Source of the DNA: Chthoniobacteraceae bacterium
GTDB lineage: Bacteria; Verrucomicrobiota; Verrucomicrobiia; Chthoniobacterales; Chthoniobacteraceae
Assembly: GCA_031409335.1 (NCBI GenBank)
Contig: JANNWY010000260.1
Span: 1 to 30,043, forward strand
Length of the DNA stretch: 30,043 nt
Reading direction: 5' to 3'
Part shown: positions 26,501-30,043 of the stretch, one piece after another
Position numbering within the stretch: the first letter of the stretch is position 1
How the letters are laid out: every line of letters begins with the position of its first letter
The notes under the pieces: model-generated
Databases searched by the model: none
The model's input: the letters and a program-made list of their open reading frames with translations, nothing else
Told to the model about the DNA's origin: nothing
Translations under genes and position numbers: made by a program

Positions 26501-28586
26501 CATGCGCGATGTGATTGTCCACGAAAGCGTAGTACGGCGGATACGCCGCCGCCGCCGTGTCCGCGTCGAAAACCGTCCCGAGCAGCTCGCGAATCTGCGT
26601 GAGATATTTCGCACGAAACGCCGCATTTCCCGGCGAAGCAGCGGTGCCGAAAAGCGGCAGCAGCGGCTCATGGATCAGTCCGTTTTCCGTCATGTTGTAG
26701 AGCCCGTTCGTCGTCGCGCCCGCTACCGTGTCGCCTTTGCCGAGCACGTTATCCATGTCGTGCGGGAGCAAATACAGCCGCCGGTTTCCCAGCGCGTCCT
26801 TCGCAAAAGCGCCCGCGTATTCGATGTCCTCGCCGACCGAAATGCTCCCCTCTCCGTTATTCATGATCGTCATCAGCGCCATCCACCGCGCCATGTGATC
26901 GAGGTCCGCGACCGTGCCGAGCGTCGCCACTTCCGCATCAGTAAACGGCACGTTGTTCCAAGTGCCCACCTGCACATTTCCCGCCGTCGCTCCGGTGAAA
27001 TGCGAGGACGCCGTGTTCTGCCACACCGTGCTGAAATTGATCACGTCGCTCCAGTCGTTGAGGCCGTGATGATTCTGTTTGCTCCAGCCGCTCCACATCG
27101 CATCGGGATTCGCCGGCGCGGCGGCGGTGCTCGCCCAGTAGCTCGAGCCAGGCTTGCGATACACCTGCACATCCGTCGCGAGCGGCCAGTGTTTGTCCGC
27201 CATCACGCCGTCGATTTCCTCGATGCGCGTCAGCATTCCATAATCCTGCGCTGCCTGCGTCGTGGTCGTCACCTCCGTGCCGTTGCGCCGCACTTCGATG
27301 CTCGCGGAATCGTGGCACGGCAGCCCCGCCGCCTGCTGCAAGCGCATCGCGAGAAGCTGCACGTAGGCCCACTTCGGATTGATGATGAAATCATGCACAC
27401 CGTCCCAAAGATCGTCCGTCGGCATCGAGATGCGCATCGGGCGGATCGCGTAATTGCGGCTGCTGTTCCCGCGATTCCGAATCGCGCAGCGGTAGCGGAT
27501 CGTCGTGTCGTAGCCCTGCGTCACGACGAGCGTGAAATTGAACTGCCGATCGCTGTTCGCGGCGATGCCCATGTAGGCCGAGAGTTCCGCACCCGTGAAA
27601 ATCTGACGGTAAACCGCCGCCGTGCCCGTGTAGTTTTCGTTGTCGAATTGAAGCTGGCAATTCGCCACCTGCCCCGCGCTCGCCGGCGCGGGCCAGGTGC
27701 GCGCGAGCGTGCCATCGCTCGCGCTCACGTAAAATTCGATGATCTGCTTGTCGCCCAGCGGCGAGAGCGTCGCGGTGAAACGCCCCGCGCTGCTGCCCGT
27801 CATCGCCACGCTTTGGAAAACGCCTGGCGCAGTGGACGTGGCATTTCTCCAGAAAAGCGTCGCGCTCAAACCCGTCGCCGATTCATCGTCGAGATCGCAC
27901 GAAATCGTCACCGGCTGCGAAGTCGTCGGCACCGCGGGCGAATGTTTCATATTGGAAATGATCGGCGCGATATTCGTCGTACGGTTCGAGTTCACCGCGC
28001 CCGGCGTCCCGCCCGGCGCCGCCGACTCGCCCCAGTTCTGCCCATTGTTTTTCGACACCAGCGGATTGCGCATTTCCATCGACCGCCCGCCATTCGCGAT
28101 CCCCGTTTTCCAATTCGCGCCCGTCTGCCACACGTAGCCATTCGTCGCATCGAAATTCCGCGTTGCCCAATCGCCCTCATCGGCATACGTCACCTTGTCC
28201 ACCGTCGTCCACCCGCCCGCGCCATCCGGCATCGAAAGCACGATGTCTTCACCCGTATCCGACAGCGCATCACCCGCCTCCCAAGGCCCCAGAGCCCCCG
28301 CCGCCCCGAGCGCCGCCGGATTCGCCGCGACCACAAGAAACCCACCCGCCGCAATCGTCGTCCCATTTGGAAAAGTGTAGTCCACCCCCTGCGTCAGCGC
28401 CCACCCCGTGAGCACCACCCCTGCCGCATCGGGATTGTGGATTTCGATGAATTCGAGCGCCTCATTCTCCGGGTAGCTCGAACCCGGCCGATACATGATT
28501 TCACTGATCACCGGCGCGGCGAAAGCGCGGGCGGCAAACAGCGTGACCATGGCAAGGGCGATGTAACGGAGGGGTGACAATATCAT
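23535..28586 (-). CDS. Large secreted lamin-tail-domain / CotH kinase family protein
   Basis: 1683 aa; signal peptide; repeated LTD starts (VISEIMY, VRINEVLA, VKLNEW, LRITEVMY, VVITEI); CotH motifs RGNSS and LLPHDMD; Ig-like ASGLPAGLSVNTASGLIGGTP; C-terminal DTDGD/DRDGDG cassette. Confidence 0.92.
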   Translation of the reverse strand: MILSPLRYIALAMVTLFAARAFAAPVISEIMYRPGSSYPENEALEFIEIHNPDAAGVVLTGWALTQGVDYTFPNGTTIAAGGFLVVAANPAALGAAGALGPWEAGDALSDTGEDIVLSMPDGAGGWTTVDKVTYADEGDWATRNFDATNGYVWQTGANWKTGIANGGRSMEMRNPLVSKNNGQNWGESAAPGGTPGAVNSNRTTNIAPIISNMKHSPAVPTTSQPVTISCDLDDESATGLSATLFWRNATSTAPGVFQSVAMTGSSAGRFTATLSPLGDKQIIEFYVSASDGTLARTWPAPASAGQVANCQLQFDNENYTGTAAVYRQIFTGAELSAYMGIAANSDRQFNFTLVVTQGYDTTIRYRCAIRNRGNSSRNYAIRPMRISMPTDDLWDGVHDFIINPKWAYVQLLAMRLQQAAGLPCHDSASIEVRRNGTEVTTTTQAAQDYGMLTRIEEIDGVMADKHWPLATDVQVYRKPGSSYWASTAAAPANPDAMWSGWSKQNHHGLNDWSDVINFSTVWQNTASSHFTGATAGNVQVGTWNNVPFTDAEVATLGTVADLDHMARWMALMTIMNNGEGSISVGEDIEYAGAFAKDALGNRRLYLLPHDMDNVLGKGDTVAGATTNGLYNMTENGLIHEPLLPLFGTAASPGNAAFRAKYLTQIRELLGTVFDADTAAAAYPPYYAFVDNHIAHVPAAVRTEMKTFMTQRQSYLLGLIGQPKITNTGTSVGTTAATAAPSVRINEVLASNAVTLLNGATYPDVIELHNPGASAVNLTGWSLSDQIGTPQKYVFPAGTTIAAGGYLLVFADADTAAAGLHTGFELDVLGDSVRLYNAAIVLQDEVLFGLQIADLSISRTAAAPGTWALTVPTLGAANGTAVALGAVTGVKLNEWVCKPDYRLDGDFIELYNPAATPVALGSARVTDDIANYPARQTFPDLSFIAAGGHLVLDASYLTFGLNGDFGFIWLLGANGAVLDQVDAVTQYADYSTGRTTDAAATFTNFAVPTPGLANNTTVPATHPGSLNGLRITEVMYAPQGGSTFEFIELQNIGATTLDLSGVRFTQGVDYTFAPGTTLATGAFIVVCRDRTAFLSRYPAAASVLAAGAWSGGLDNDGETIKLTLPVPWDIHILNFRYEASWYPSTATSGYSLATANQSASYPQDWDQDYTWSASPAVNGTPGSDGPPSVTSAATASGVLGDPFAYQITATKTPTSYSASGLPAGLSVNTASGLIGGTPTATGTFSATISATNPGGTAQQNLAITIATSGALHHFTWHYGPPATANVNAPFAVWLTARDSAERLVTTFSGSTTLVASAGGGFSGSPVVITEITDAQEDQIELQNVTNAAVNTNGWYVRINDAAANINVVNATQLALPASLGASGLVWISETNLAPRTSWGSPINWSSTGTSKGWIMLFDATNTLRDFFIWGWTGPELATLNVTINGTNVTAANAGWSGAPQAVFSAGAATFWARTGTADNNIATDFSRLAAAGTFNATNPALTLPWSTTTPVTMTPTAITLTNGEFLGDLTMTQTATTARITATGSGVVGQTATFDILAALADTDGDSIPDVYENANGLNAAVNDSALDRDGDGQNNRAEFFAGTIANSPASRLAFTSESIPGANQFAVTWPAVAGKLYRISTSPDLAAWTNVSPLILTTATGSKTVTLDNAGAAQFFVRVQIAP

Positions 28587-28695
28587 GGCAAAACGATGGC
28601 GCCGTAAATTGTTCTACAAACGCCGCCGCGCAACGGAACGGTGCGGGATATCTGTAAAGTCTACGAAAGACTGTGCGCGGCCCCGCGGCTGGAAT

Positions 28696-29120
28696 TCAAC
28701 GAGAATCAGGGCAGGACGAAAGATGTGGCGCGCCGTCATCGCGGATGGTGTAGCCGACGGCCTCGTAGCTGCGGCGGCGTTTGTCGAACATCCTCGAGAG
28801 CATGGGCACAGCGCCGCCGATGTAGTCACGGACACGCACCTCGGTCTTGCTGGTGTGAAAGCAGTGGAGTCGGCCAACGTATTGCTGGAGCGTGACCCTC
28901 CATAAAATGGGCAGGGCGAGAGACAGGGTGTCGAGCCGACTGTCGTCGAAGCTCTCGCCGATGTATCGGCCGGTTGCGATGATGACGCGGGGCGCTTCCG
29001 CAGGGATCGCGGCCAGTTCGCTGGCGGCAACGGCGCGGGCCTTCGCGTCCTGACCGCCTTTCAGCATGACGACATGCGCGACCTTTCCGCGCAGCGCGCC
29101 GGCGATTGCAGCGCCGCCTT
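28696..29120 (-). pseudogene. C-terminal remnant of a SF2 (DEAD/DEAH, ResIII-like) helicase
   Basis: LRGKVAHVVMLKGG...RVIIATGRYIGESFDDSRLDTL...TLQQYVGRLH...VRVRDY...MLSRMFDKRRRSYEAVGY contains only motifs V/VI; an in-frame stop lies at ~29121-29123 and no Walker A/B is present. Confidence 0.8.
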
Positions 29121-29158
29121 GTCAAGTTGCAATCAGTCGGCATATCCTCCGACACATC

Positions 29159-29950
29159 ATGAACCACTCGATTTGTTTCCGCGGCAGGATAGGCCAACGG
29201 CGCCCGGAGGGCTCCTCACGTCTATTGAGGCCTCTTTCTTCTACTTTGGCTTTGTTTACAATGCATGCCTTCGCACCACTCGTACCGGCGAAGGATAAAG
29301 CTTTATCGATTAAACCCGTTGAAATCCAAGTCGGAGAAGCCGCTCTTTTGTCTTGGGCTGTTGAAGGAAATCCATCCGTATATCTTTCTGGTATCGGTCG
29401 CGTGCCACCGTCCGGCTCGCGCAAAGTTATGCCGACATCGGCTGTAAGCTACTTCCTATTGGCAGAAAACGGAACAAATATCTCCGTTCACAATGTCCGC
29501 GTAAATGTAACAGGGGCGCGAGGAGACGATGGGTTTCCAAAAGACCTAAATCAATTTCGTTATCCTATATCTACAAAGACCGAAATGGGTTTGGTTGATC
29601 TCCTTGATCGCTTGCGTGACGTGATGCAAAATACACTTCAGTTCAGCCTTCGCGAGATGATAGAATCCGCCAAGCGAATCGTCATTATCACGAATCTGTC
29701 GGAGCGCGCGTCGTTGCTAGACGGAAAAGATAAGGCCATTGGAGCGCGTCGTCTTGCGTTTCGTGTTGATGTTTCGCCCCCCTCTCGTGAGTCGAGCCAT
29801 ATACATTGGAACATTAGCACCATGGTCGATTATCGTAAGCGAATTGAAAAGACGTGGCGAACGGAACGGGACGAAAAGATGTATCGCGCCCAGGCTGATC
29901 TCCTTAACAGTCTGTTGAAAAACCCTCAAGCGGCGGCGGACAGAGGGTAG
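29159..29950 (+). CDS. Hypothetical exported protein, AT-richer than the host genes
   Basis: Long ORF with uncertain start (29159 or 29261); hydrophobic stretch, Ig-like IQVGEAALLSWAVEG...VPPSGSRKVMP segment; visibly more A/T at third positions. Confidence 0.72.
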   Translation: MNHSICFRGRIGQRRPEGSSRLLRPLSSTLALFTMHAFAPLVPAKDKALSIKPVEIQVGEAALLSWAVEGNPSVYLSGIGRVPPSGSRKVMPTSAVSYFLLAENGTNISVHNVRVNVTGARGDDGFPKDLNQFRYPISTKTEMGLVDLLDRLRDVMQNTLQFSLREMIESAKRIVIITNLSERASLLDGKDKAIGARRLAFRVDVSPPSRESSHIHWNISTMVDYRKRIEKTWRTERDEKMYRAQADLLNSLLKNPQAAADRG

Positions 29951-30043
29951 CCTTGCTGGGATTGGAGATATTCGCGGCCAAAGCGCGCAGAGTGCGCGAA
30001 TCGGCAGAGTAACCTCAGAAACGGTCGCCAGAACCGATCATAG

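Noticed and set aside
29974..30001. Possible third copy of the A-rich repeat (ggccaaagcgcgcagagtgcgcgaa)
   Set aside because: Too degenerate to distinguish from chance.

Overview
GC-rich bacterial chromosomal segment. The gene content (DUF1501, H-X9-DG prepilin, M56-secretin fusion, lamin-tail/CotH giant protein, ECF sigma with C-terminal extension) points to the PVC superphylum, most likely Verrucomicrobiota; this assignment is inference. There are about 25 CDS. Housekeeping core: ArsR-methyltransferase (SahR-like), metK, a UvrD/Rep helicase and yajQ. Three separate trans-envelope signalling modules each sit beside or are fused to type II secretion/pilus parts: ECF sigma + anti-sigma-like + GspG-like protein; BlaI + BlaR1(M56)-secretin; and a membrane-anchored ECF sigma + a stand-alone paralog of its own extracytoplasmic domain, followed by an STN-like protein, a prepilin, STAS and YajQ. 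The ORF track hides three broken genes: a transglutaminase-like gene split by one in-frame TGA, a Phd/YefM antitoxin with an internal TAA whose toxin position is occupied by a REP-like palindrome, and a helicase C-terminal remnant next to an AT-richer gene. At least three families of non-coding palindromic or short repeats are present; one forms an inverted pair bracketing a two-gene module. No rRNA, tRNA, CRISPR array or intact transposase was seen.
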